In this document: piece by piece, positions 39,250-48,353 of the stretch
How positions within the stretch are numbered: position 1 is the first letter of the stretch
Layout of the letters: the number at the start of each line of letters is the position of its first letter
Assembly (NCBI GenBank): GCA_029245785.1
Contig: JAQWOR010000074.1
Coordinates: forward strand, 4,758 to 68,757
Source of the DNA: Polaribacter sp.
GTDB taxonomy: Bacteria; Bacteroidota; Bacteroidia; Flavobacteriales; Flavobacteriaceae
Length of the DNA stretch: 64,000 nucleotides
Direction: 5' to 3'
Notes under the pieces: model-generated
The model's input: the letters and a program-made list of their open reading frames with translations, nothing else
Databases searched by the model: none
What the model was told of the DNA's origin: nothing
Program-made: the position numbers and the translations under genes

Positions 39250-41055
39250 CTACCCAATCATCATTCCTGCTATTGTTGCAGAAAGTAATGATGCAATAGT
39301 ACCTCCAATCAACGCCTTCATTCCAAATTCTGACAAGGTTTTTCGCTGTCCGGGTGCTAAAGAGCCAATTCCTCCAATTTGAATTCCGATAGATGCAAAA
39401 TTTGCAAAACCACACAACATATAAGTTGCCATAATAATTGATTTATTATAGTTTAAGTGCACCAAGTTGGTCACATTTTTTAGTTCTGCCAATTGAATAT
39501 AGCCAATAAATTCACTTGCCACCAATTTTATTCCAAGTAATTGCCCCATCAAAGTCATGTCCTCTTTCGCAACACCAATCAGCCACATTAAAGGTGCGAA
39601 CAGGTAGCCCAAAATAAATTCTAAAGACAAATTTTCATAGGCTGTATTTGCAGCCAACCACTCATTGATTGTTGTCACATCTCCAACCCAACCAAGAATT
39701 CCGTTAATCATGGCAATAAATGCAACAAACACCAACAACATTGCTCCTACATTTACCGCTAAACGTAGTCCTTCAGTAGTTCCATTAGAAATGGCATCTA
39801 AAATATTAGATCCTATTTTATCTGATGAAACATGTACATCTGTATTTACTTCTTCTGTTTGTGGGTATAATATTTTAGACACAACAATTGCTCCTGGGGC
39901 TGCCATTACAGAGGCTGCTAGTAGGTGTTTTGCGAATTCCAATCGCATTACCTCATCATCACCTCCTAAAAAACCAATATAAGCTGCCAGCACGGCTCCT
40001 GCTACAGTGGCCATTCCACCAATCATTACCAACAGCATTTCAGACTTGTTCATTTTTTCTAAGTAAGCCTTAATCAACAACGGAGCTTCTGTTTGTCCTA
40101 AAAAGATATTTCCTGCAACTGACAGACTTTCTGCACCAGAAATTCCTAAAACCTTAGTAAGTACTAAGGCCATTATTTTTACCAGTTTCTGAATGATTCC
40201 TAAATAAAACAATACTGAGGTTAGTGCAGAGAAAAAGATAATGGTTGGCAGCACTTGAAAAGCAAAAATGAAGCCATAGGAATCAATATCCATCAATCCA
40301 GAAAACAAAAACTCGCTTCCTCCTCTTGTATAATCAAGAATATTAACAAATACTTTTCCAATACCTTCAAATCCTTTTTGCACAAAAGGCACCTTTAAAA
40401 CTCCAACCGCAATAACAAGTTGCAACACCAAGCCAATTCCTACGCTTTTCCATTTGATTGCTTTTCGGTTGCTGCTAAATAAAAATGCGATCAGCAATAA
40501 AGACACCATTCCTAAAATTCCTCTCCATATAGAGGTTATTGAAAGACCTTGGTTTGGGGTTAAAACATCGCTACTTTTTTTTGAAGCAGCAAATAAGGGG
40601 TGTTTATTTGTGACAAATTTATATTCGTGTTCATTTCTTTTTAAAATCAAATAATCAGAGGCATGCTTAACAATTTGATAATTTCGTTGCCCTACAAAGG
40701 GCACTTTTTGTTCTAATAAAATAAACTTTTGATTTTGAAGCCAAAACCCTTCACTATAGTTTCCTGAAACCAACAATTTATAGTTCCCTTTTTTATCAAA
40801 AATTAAGAAATCACTTCCTTTTTCTACAGAAACCTCAGCTGTAATGCTAGTACTTATACGTTCTTTTTTAGCAATGTCTTCTTCTTCAATCCATTTCGGA
40901 TTTGCAATGTCCTTTTTATGGGCTACTAATTGCCAAAAATTATTTAAACGTACTTCTTTATCTGAAACACTGGTACTAACAATAGAATCTGTTTTTGTTT
41001 GTGCCAATGAAGCTGTCAAAAAAAATAGCGTGATTAAAACATGTAATTTCCTCAT
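39250..41055 (-). CDS. nupC: Concentrative nucleoside transporter (NupC/CNT) with a ~170-aa N-terminal soluble extension
   Basis: FAFQVLPTIIFFS, GNIFLGQTE, GFANFASIGIQIGG. Confidence 0.88.
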   Translation of the reverse strand: MRKLHVLITLFFLTASLAQTKTDSIVSTSVSDKEVRLNNFWQLVAHKKDIANPKWIEEEDIAKKERISTSITAEVSVEKGSDFLIFDKKGNYKLLVSGNYSEGFWLQNQKFILLEQKVPFVGQRNYQIVKHASDYLILKRNEHEYKFVTNKHPLFAASKKSSDVLTPNQGLSITSIWRGILGMVSLLLIAFLFSSNRKAIKWKSVGIGLVLQLVIAVGVLKVPFVQKGFEGIGKVFVNILDYTRGGSEFLFSGLMDIDSYGFIFAFQVLPTIIFFSALTSVLFYLGIIQKLVKIMALVLTKVLGISGAESLSVAGNIFLGQTEAPLLIKAYLEKMNKSEMLLVMIGGMATVAGAVLAAYIGFLGGDDEVMRLEFAKHLLAASVMAAPGAIVVSKILYPQTEEVNTDVHVSSDKIGSNILDAISNGTTEGLRLAVNVGAMLLVFVAFIAMINGILGWVGDVTTINEWLAANTAYENLSLEFILGYLFAPLMWLIGVAKEDMTLMGQLLGIKLVASEFIGYIQLAELKNVTNLVHLNYNKSIIMATYMLCGFANFASIGIQIGGIGSLAPGQRKTLSEFGMKALIGGTIASLLSATIAGMMIG

Positions 41056-41073
41056 AATATAATGGATTGGTTA

Positions 41074-41682
41074 TTAAGAGCGCTTTTTAATTTCGTCTCT
41101 AATTTTAGCTGCCAGTTCGTAGTTTTCATCTGCAACGGCGCTATCTAACTTTTTGTGTAATTCTTTCAATTCTTTTTTACTTGCTTTTCCTTCAGAAACA
41201 TTTGATTCTATTTCCGAAAGAATCGTATCTTCTTCAAATTCACCTTCACCTATAGATAGTTCTTCTTCTATTTTTAAATAGACCCCGGCTTTGTCTAAAA
41301 TAGTTTCATAAGTGTAGATTGGTGCTTCAAAACGCACTGCCAATGCAATGGCATCAGAAGTTCTTGTATCAATAACTTCTTCTACTCCATCACGCCCACA
41401 TATCAAACTAGAAAAGAAAACGCCATCTACTAATTTATGAATAATCACTTGCTTGACTTCAATCAAATATCGATCAGCAAAAGTTTTAAACAAGTCATGT
41501 GTTAATGGTCTTGGTGGTTTGATTTCTTTTTCTAAAGCAATGGCTATAGATTGTGCTTCAAAAGCTCCAATAATAATTGGCAACGTACGATCTCCTTCCA
41601 TCTCACTAAGTACCAGCGCATAAGCGCCACTTTGTGTTTGGCTGTATGAAATCCCTTTAATTGTTAGTTGTATCAAACTCAT
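41074..41682 (-). CDS. Bifunctional nuclease (DUF151) with a C-terminal UVR domain
   Basis: LPIIIGAFEA, RPLTHDL, RTSDAIALA, ENYELAAKIRD. Confidence 0.88.
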   Translation of the reverse strand: MSLIQLTIKGISYSQTQSGAYALVLSEMEGDRTLPIIIGAFEAQSIAIALEKEIKPPRPLTHDLFKTFADRYLIEVKQVIIHKLVDGVFFSSLICGRDGVEEVIDTRTSDAIALAVRFEAPIYTYETILDKAGVYLKIEEELSIGEGEFEEDTILSEIESNVSEGKASKKELKELHKKLDSAVADENYELAAKIRDEIKKRS

Positions 41683-41921
41683 ATATTAATTGCAGTCGTT
41701 ATCCAAAATAAAAAGCAATTTGCTTAAAATGAAAGCGTCTTTTGCAGGGCACAATTTAATAAAAATTATGTGTTGAAAATATGATTTTAAGAAAAGAAAT
41801 AATTATTTTATCATAGATTTTAAAAGAAAACGACGAAGTGCCTCTTTATAAAAAGAAATACTTCGTCGTTCTAAATAATTTCTCTCTATAAACGAGAAAC
41901 TACACTATTGTAAAAACAGGT

Positions 41922-42884
41922 CTATGCCTGTTTAAATGCTTTTAATTTTTCTATCAACTTCGGCACTACTTCAAAAGCGTCACCAACAATACCGTAATCT
42001 GCCGCTTTAAAGAAAGGAGCTTCTGGATCTGTGTTAATTACTACTTTTACTTTAGAGGCATTAATTCCTGCTAGGTGCTGAATGGCTCCTGAAATACCAA
42101 TAGCAATGTATAAGTTTGCCGCTACTGGTTTTCCTGTTTGCCCTACATGTTCATTATGCGGACGCCATCCCAAATCAGAAACAGGTTTAGAACAAGCCGT
42201 TGCTGCTCCAAGAACCGTTGCCAATTCTTCTACCATTCCCCAATTTTCTGGTCCTTTTAATCCACGTCCTCCAGAAACCACAATATCTGCATCAGCAATC
42301 GTGATGGTTCCAGATGTTTTTTCTACGCTAACTGATGTTACTCCAAAACTGGCATCAGAAACTGTAGGTTCAAAGTTTTCTGTTGTTCCTGCAACTGCAT
42401 TTTCATGAACCCCATAGGAGTTTTTAGCCACACCTACCACTTTTACATCCGTAGTAATTACCGTGTTGTTAAATGCTTTGCTTGAAAATGCTTTTCTTTT
42501 TACTGTAAAAGGACTTGTAGTACTTGGTAATGCTACGACATTAGAAGCGTAACCTGCTTCTAAATGTATTGCAACCATTGGCGCAAGGTACAATCCGTTT
42601 ACACTTGAGTCTATAACAACAACAGTAGCGCCCTCTTTTTGTGCAGCTTGCTGTACAACAGTAGCATAGGCTTTTCCATTAAAATTTTTCAAGTTGTCAT
42701 TAGAAACCGCTACCACTTTTTCTGCACCATAGGCATATAATTCTGAGGCATCGGTTGCATTGATTGTTAAAGCAACAACGTTGCTCCCTAACAATTCTGC
42801 TACTTTTTTTCCGTATGAAACGACCTCAAAGGCAGATTTCTTAAATTTCCCTTCCGATGAATCGGCAAAAACTAAAACTGACAT
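41922..42884 (-). CDS. etfA: Electron transfer flavoprotein alpha subunit
   Basis: VSGGRG, GQTGK, GISGAIQHLAG, INTDPEAP. Confidence 0.95.
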   Translation of the reverse strand: MSVLVFADSSEGKFKKSAFEVVSYGKKVAELLGSNVVALTINATDASELYAYGAEKVVAVSNDNLKNFNGKAYATVVQQAAQKEGATVVVIDSSVNGLYLAPMVAIHLEAGYASNVVALPSTTSPFTVKRKAFSSKAFNNTVITTDVKVVGVAKNSYGVHENAVAGTTENFEPTVSDASFGVTSVSVEKTSGTITIADADIVVSGGRGLKGPENWGMVEELATVLGAATACSKPVSDLGWRPHNEHVGQTGKPVAANLYIAIGISGAIQHLAGINASKVKVVINTDPEAPFFKAADYGIVGDAFEVVPKLIEKLKAFKQA

Positions 42885-42901
42885 ATATTTTTAAATTTTT
42901 C

Positions 42902-43019
42902 ATCCTGAACTTTTACGCTAAACTTGTTTCAGTGTACTTCAGGATCTGTTATTTTATTTTGTTTTATTCATGAGATTCCGAAACAATGCTAAAAATAAAT
43001 TCAGCACAAGGTTCGGAAC
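42902..43019. repeat. Inverted doublet of nested REP-like palindromes between etfB and etfA
   Basis: ATCCTGAAC[TACGCTAAACTTGTTTCAGTGTA]CTTCAGGATCT and GAGATTCCGAA[TGCTAAAAATAAATTCAGCA]TTCGGAA. Confidence 0.75.
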
Positions 43020-43033
43020 GATTTAACCTTCCA

Positions 43034-43780
43034 TTAAATCACTTTGGCTTCGTTATGCAATAAGCTGATTAACTCATCTACATTGTCTGCGTCTACTAAT
43101 TTTACAGCTCCTTTTGGCGCTGGTTTTTCAAATGATTGTGAAGAAGTTGCTGCTATTGCAGCTACAGAGTCAAGAACTGTTAAAGGCTTTTTACGCGCCA
43201 TCATAATTCCTCTCATATTAGGAATACGCAGATCTTTTTCTTCTACCAATCCTTTTTGACCTGCAACAACCAACGGTAAATCTGCCGAAAGTTGCTCGCT
43301 TCCTCCATCAATTTCTCTACTTAATGTTGCTGAATTCCCATCTACTTCCATTCCTATACATCCATTCACAAAATTAAAATCTAACAAGGATGCTAACATC
43401 CCTGGAACCATTCCTCCATTATAATCAATAGATTCTCTTCCTGCCAATACCAAATCGTACCCGCCATTTTTAACAACTTCTGCCAATTGTTTTGCAACAA
43501 AAAAACCATCGGTAGCGTCTGCATGTACTCGAATGGCATCATCTGCTCCAATGGCCAATGCCTTACGCAATGTTGGCTCTGTAGCTGCATTACCAACACT
43601 TACAACCGTTACTGTTGCTCCTTGTTTTTCTTTAAACCACATGGCGCGAGTTAAACTAAACTCATCATATGGATTGATCACAAACTGAACCCCGTTTGTA
43701 TCAAACGTGGTGTTGTTGTCTGTGAAATTAATTTTTGAAGTGGTATCTGGCACGTGGCTGATACAAACTAATATTTTCAT
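43034..43780 (-). CDS. etfB: Electron transfer flavoprotein beta subunit
   Basis: VPDT, NPYDE, ALAIGAD, RIPNMRGIM. Confidence 0.95.
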   Translation of the reverse strand: MKILVCISHVPDTTSKINFTDNNTTFDTNGVQFVINPYDEFSLTRAMWFKEKQGATVTVVSVGNAATEPTLRKALAIGADDAIRVHADATDGFFVAKQLAEVVKNGGYDLVLAGRESIDYNGGMVPGMLASLLDFNFVNGCIGMEVDGNSATLSREIDGGSEQLSADLPLVVAGQKGLVEEKDLRIPNMRGIMMARKKPLTVLDSVAAIAATSSQSFEKPAPKGAVKLVDADNVDELISLLHNEAKVI

Positions 43781-43986
43781 CCTATAAATTTTTTGTAAAT
43801 ATTCTGTTGATGTATTGCTGACAAAGCTATGACTTTTTTTTCGATTTACTATGCGTGCATAGTATTTTTTTTGTTCATCCCAAAAAATAAAACAGGTATA
43901 AATTTAAGAATGAAAGCATTTTATTACTATTAATTTTTCTTATTTTCGCAGTTCAAAATAAAGAAGGTAAAGAGATTCTTTATTTT

Positions 43987-44011
43987 AGATTCCCGTTTTC
44001 ACGGGAATGAC
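43987..44011. repeat. REP-like palindrome AGATTCCCG-TTTTCA-CGGGAATGAC
   Basis: ATTCCCG/CGGGAAT stem; AGAT tag as in the other REP copies, ending in GAC. Confidence 0.7.
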
Positions 44012-44080
44012 AATTTCAATGGAAACCCCGAGGCAAAACCTCGAGGAATTCTTTTCAATTAAAGTAAGGATATATATAGG

Positions 44081-45058
44081 ATGAGAACAGTTCAATTTAG
44101 AGAAGCTATTTGTGAGGCCATGAGTGAAGAAATGCGCAGAGATGAGAGCATTTATTTAATTGGTGAAGAAGTTGCAGAATACAACGGAGCATACAAAGCT
44201 TCTAAAGGAATGTTGGATGAATTTGGCGAAAAAAGAGTGATTGACGCTCCGATTGCTGAGCTTGGTTTTGCAGGAATTGCCATTGGTTCTGCCATGAATG
44301 GAAATAGACCGATTGTAGAATACATGACCTTTAATTTCTCTTTGGTTGGAATTGACCAAATCATTAACAATGCGGCAAAAATCAGACAAATGTCTGGAGG
44401 GCAATTCAATTGCCCTATTGTATTTAGAGGACCAACTGGTTCTGCCGGACAACTGGGCGCTACGCATTCGCAAGCTTTTGAAAACTGGTTTGCAAACACA
44501 CCTGGGTTAAAAGTAGTAGTTCCTTCAAATCCGTATGATGCAAAAGGCTTATTAAAAGCAGCCTTAAGAGATGACGATCCTGTAATTTTTATGGAATCTG
44601 AACAAATGTATGGTGATAAAATGGAGATTCCTGAAGGAGAATATATCATTCCGATTGGTGTTGCAGACATCAAAAGAGAAGGAACAGATGTGACCATTGT
44701 TTCTTTTGGAAAAATCATCAAAGAAGCATATAAAGCTGCGGATGAATTGGCCAAAGAAAATATTTCTGTAGAAATCATCGATTTAAGAACCGTTCGTCCA
44801 ATGGACACTGACGCAATTTTAGCATCGGTTAAAAAAACAAATAGATTGGTTATTTTAGAAGAAGCTTGGCCTTTTGGTAGCGTTTCTTCAGAAATTACTT
44901 TTAGAATACAAGACCAAGCATTTGACCATTTAGATGCACCTATTAAAAGAATTACCACAGCAGATACGCCTGCTCCTTATTCTCCAGTTTTATTAGAAGA
45001 ATGGATGCCGAATGCAAGTGATGTTGTAAAAGCTGTTAAAGAGGTATTGTACCTATAA
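44081..45058 (+). CDS. pdhB: Pyruvate dehydrogenase E1 beta subunit
   Basis: GEEVAEYNGAYK, DAPIAE, AQH-like ATHSQ, DLRTVRP. Confidence 0.95.
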   Translation: MRTVQFREAICEAMSEEMRRDESIYLIGEEVAEYNGAYKASKGMLDEFGEKRVIDAPIAELGFAGIAIGSAMNGNRPIVEYMTFNFSLVGIDQIINNAAKIRQMSGGQFNCPIVFRGPTGSAGQLGATHSQAFENWFANTPGLKVVVPSNPYDAKGLLKAALRDDDPVIFMESEQMYGDKMEIPEGEYIIPIGVADIKREGTDVTIVSFGKIIKEAYKAADELAKENISVEIIDLRTVRPMDTDAILASVKKTNRLVILEEAWPFGSVSSEITFRIQDQAFDHLDAPIKRITTADTPAPYSPVLLEEWMPNASDVVKAVKEVLYL

Positions 45059-45128
45059 TTTAGTTCACAAAAATACTAAAGGTCCTTTTTTATAGTTACG
45101 CTACTATAGAAAAGGATTTTTTTATACC

Positions 45129-47630
45129 ATGAAGTTACGAATTCTTATCATACTATTTTTTATCAGTTGTGCTGCTCGCGCCCAATTTAAAATATCGGGA
45201 GTGGTGTTGGACACCCAAAAACAACCGTTGCCTTATGTGAATGTCTATTTTAAAAACTCTACCAACGGTATTGTTACTGATTTTCAAGGAAGGTTTGAAT
45301 TGAACTCCACCAAAAAAAGAGGTAAGATAGAAGTTTCATTTATAGGTTATAAAACAAAAACACTACGATTTAACTCTAAAAAAAGTCATCTTACGGTATA
45401 TTTAGAGGAAGATAACAACACATTAGATGAGGTAGTAATTGTTGTAAAACCTAAAAAAAGGCTTCGTAAAAAAGAAAATCCTGCCTACAGAATTTTAAAG
45501 GAAATCTGGAAACGAAAAAAGAAAAATGGACTGAAGCTAGTTTCATATTACCAATACAAAAAACTCCAAACTACAGCCATAAGTCTAAACAATTTAGACA
45601 CAATCTTTCTACAAAAAATCTTTAAAAAAGACTATAAAAAAACAATAGAAGAATTGCCTTATAATGAAAATGGCATCAACTATTCCATTCCGTTGTACCT
45701 TCATGAAATGGTAAGCAACGTATACGGATCCAATACAAGCAATAGCAAAAGAGAAGACCTTGAAGCAGAAAAAAACAAAGGCATTAACCAAGAAGGTTTT
45801 GTTTTTAAAAGAATGACAAACACCTTTAACAGCATTGATATTCATCAAAATAACATCACCATTTTTAAGAAGTCTTTTGTAAGTCCAATTTCTACTTCAG
45901 GATTTGAAACGTATGATTATGTATTGCATGATAGCACTTCTGTAAACAATAAAAAGTTTTATCGCATTTATTTTTTCCCAAGAAGAAGTGGCGACTTGGC
46001 TTTTGAAGGCTATTTTTGGGTTGCAGATAAAAACTTTTCAATTACTAAAATTAAGATGAAAGTCCATAAAGACATCAACCTTAATTTTGTCAGAAAACTA
46101 TCTTTCGAAAAAGAATACACAATTAAAGACGACAGTATTTATTTTCCTAAATCAGAGATGTTTACCGGCGATTTTACCCTTACTGACAAAGACGAGACAA
46201 ACAAAGGCTTGACCATTAAAAAAACAATCGCTTTCTCTCATTACGAATTTAACAACGCGCTTTCACCCAATTTTTATACTGAAAAATCAGCTCGTTTTAA
46301 ACCAAATCAATACCAAAAAAATCAATCTTACTGGAATAGTGTTACTACCAACACTGACCAAAAAGAGACCTATCAACTTATTGAATCACTCAAAAAGAAA
46401 CGAGAAATCAGACAAATTACAGGCTTATTAAACACAATTTCAACAGGGTATGTATACATCTCTCCAACTTTTCAATTTGGAAAATATTGGAATACGATTG
46501 TCAGAAACAGTGTAGAAGGTCTAAAAGTAAAAGCAGGGTTTCGAAGCTTTTATAGCACCGAAGATCGATTTCGATTGAGTGGTTTTTTGGGCTACGGAAC
46601 CAAAGACAAACGGTTTAAGTTTGGGCTCGAATCTAAGTACCTCGTTTCTTATAAACCTAGAATTTCAGTAGGCGCTTCTTATTTATATGACATTGAGCAA
46701 TTGGGAGGAAAACTCTTAAACTCAAACGGACTAAACACCAATGTTTTTGACCCCAACGCCTTGTTTTCTAGAGGAGAAAATTACTTTTTATCATTTGTAG
46801 ATAAATTCGTTCTAAAGTTTGACATTGCCATCAACAACAATTTACATATTGGTATTTCTACCGCTCAAAACAATATAAAAAGTGCTTCTCCTGCAGATTT
46901 CTCAATAGATTATCTTACAAAAAAAGGCAGCATTGCTTCACGAGTAACAGATGTAAGTACAGACATCTATATTGCCTATACTCCAGGTAGATTTGTGTAT
47001 GGCTTTGGAGTAGAACAAAAATTTGGCAAAAACCTACACCCCTCTTTTCTGATCAATTACCGCAAAGGATATGCTGGAATTTTAAATGGATCTTTTAATT
47101 ACGACAAACTTCAGCTCAAATACAGCCAACCCCTAATATTGGGTAAAATAGGGGTGTTAAAAACAACCATAGATGCAGGAAAAACATTCGGTAAAGTTCC
47201 AATTGTGCTATTAAGCCCAATTCCTGCCAACCAAACCTATTGGATTACACAAAACACTTTTTCCTTAATTAATTATTATGATTTTGTAACGGATACTTAT
47301 ATTTCAGGACATTTCGAGCATCATTTTAATGGCTTAATTCTCAATAAAATTCCGTTGATACAAAACTTAAAACTACGAAGTTTACTAACTTTTAAAACCG
47401 TGTACGGAACCATTTCTGATAAAAACAACGCCATCAACAGATCAAACATTACCTATGCAGCTCCAACAGATAAGTTGTATTACGAATACGGTTTTGGTTT
47501 TGAAAACATCGGGTACAGAAATATCAGACCCCTTCGAATCGATTTTATTACAAGAGGAGATCACAAAAGTATAAACGGTTTGCCTTCTCCCAAATTTGCA
47601 ATTCGTGTCGGCATAAAATCCGGCTTCTAA
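45129..47630 (+). CDS. Outer-membrane protein with CarboxypepD_reg-like and DUF5686 domains
   Basis: N-terminal ISGVV...LPYVNV...TDFQGRF...SFIGY...LDEVVIV; beta-rich C-terminus ending in Phe. Confidence 0.8.
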   Translation: MKLRILIILFFISCAARAQFKISGVVLDTQKQPLPYVNVYFKNSTNGIVTDFQGRFELNSTKKRGKIEVSFIGYKTKTLRFNSKKSHLTVYLEEDNNTLDEVVIVVKPKKRLRKKENPAYRILKEIWKRKKKNGLKLVSYYQYKKLQTTAISLNNLDTIFLQKIFKKDYKKTIEELPYNENGINYSIPLYLHEMVSNVYGSNTSNSKREDLEAEKNKGINQEGFVFKRMTNTFNSIDIHQNNITIFKKSFVSPISTSGFETYDYVLHDSTSVNNKKFYRIYFFPRRSGDLAFEGYFWVADKNFSITKIKMKVHKDINLNFVRKLSFEKEYTIKDDSIYFPKSEMFTGDFTLTDKDETNKGLTIKKTIAFSHYEFNNALSPNFYTEKSARFKPNQYQKNQSYWNSVTTNTDQKETYQLIESLKKKREIRQITGLLNTISTGYVYISPTFQFGKYWNTIVRNSVEGLKVKAGFRSFYSTEDRFRLSGFLGYGTKDKRFKFGLESKYLVSYKPRISVGASYLYDIEQLGGKLLNSNGLNTNVFDPNALFSRGENYFLSFVDKFVLKFDIAINNNLHIGISTAQNNIKSASPADFSIDYLTKKGSIASRVTDVSTDIYIAYTPGRFVYGFGVEQKFGKNLHPSFLINYRKGYAGILNGSFNYDKLQLKYSQPLILGKIGVLKTTIDAGKTFGKVPIVLLSPIPANQTYWITQNTFSLINYYDFVTDTYISGHFEHHFNGLILNKIPLIQNLKLRSLLTFKTVYGTISDKNNAINRSNITYAAPTDKLYYEYGFGFENIGYRNIRPLRIDFITRGDHKSINGLPSPKFAIRVGIKSGF

Positions 47631-47721
47631 ACCGCCCTTAAAATAAGTTGAATTTTTAGTGTTAAAAGGCAAATTATCATTACTTTTGCCCTCCAATTTT
47701 CAACCATAGAAATCCAAAAAT

Positions 47722-48249
47722 ATGACTGCGAAAGAAAAACTAACTTTTGATGTTTTGATAGAGATTCCGAAAGGAAGTAGAAACAAATACGAGTACGACT
47801 TTGAATTGTCTAAAATCCGTTTTGATAGAATGTTATTTTCATCAATGATGTATCCAGCAGATTATGGATTTATTCCTGAAACCTTAGCATTAGATGGAGA
47901 TCCTTTAGATGTGTTAGTTTTAGGAACTGAACCTACATTTCCAATGTGTGTGATGGAGGTAAAACCTATTGGAGTTTTCCATATGGCAGATGAAAAAGGA
48001 CCTGATGAAAAAGTAATTTGCGTTCCCATTTCAGATCCTATTTGGAATGCATTGAACAATTTAGAAGACATGAATCCGCACTTAGTAAAAGAAATCACAC
48101 ATTTTTTTCAAGTATATAAAGACCTTGAAAAGAAAAAAGTAGATGTTGGCGGATGGGGAGATGCATCAGAAGCATATCAAATTGTAGATAAATGTATTGA
48201 ACGCTATCAACAAAGCGAACATAAAACAAATAGAAATTTCACTATTTAA
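47722..48249 (+). CDS. ppa: Soluble family I inorganic pyrophosphatase
   Basis: EIPKGSRNKYE, YPADYG, DGDPLD, D..K; TACTTTTG promoter element at 47681-47688. Confidence 0.95.
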   Translation: MTAKEKLTFDVLIEIPKGSRNKYEYDFELSKIRFDRMLFSSMMYPADYGFIPETLALDGDPLDVLVLGTEPTFPMCVMEVKPIGVFHMADEKGPDEKVICVPISDPIWNALNNLEDMNPHLVKEITHFFQVYKDLEKKKVDVGGWGDASEAYQIVDKCIERYQQSEHKTNRNFTI

Positions 48250-48276
48250 GCGAGTTTCCAACGTCCAATTAAAATG

Positions 48277-48310
48277 AAAGCTCTCAACCTATGTTGAGAG
48301 CTTTTTTTTT
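48277..48310 (+). terminator. Intrinsic terminator after ppa
   Basis: AAAGCTCTCAAC-CTAT-GTTGAGAGCTTT followed by a T-run. Confidence 0.85.
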
Positions 48311-48353
48311 GTTACTTTTACGTCCATTAAAATTAATCAAATACTAAAAACAT

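Noticed and set aside
44152-44958. 268-aa minus-strand ORF, plus similar long antisense ORFs at 23688-24095, 42082-42408 and 55386-55820
   Set aside because: Each lies wholly antisense to a conserved gene (pdhB, ALDH, etfA, pckA) and reflects codon bias
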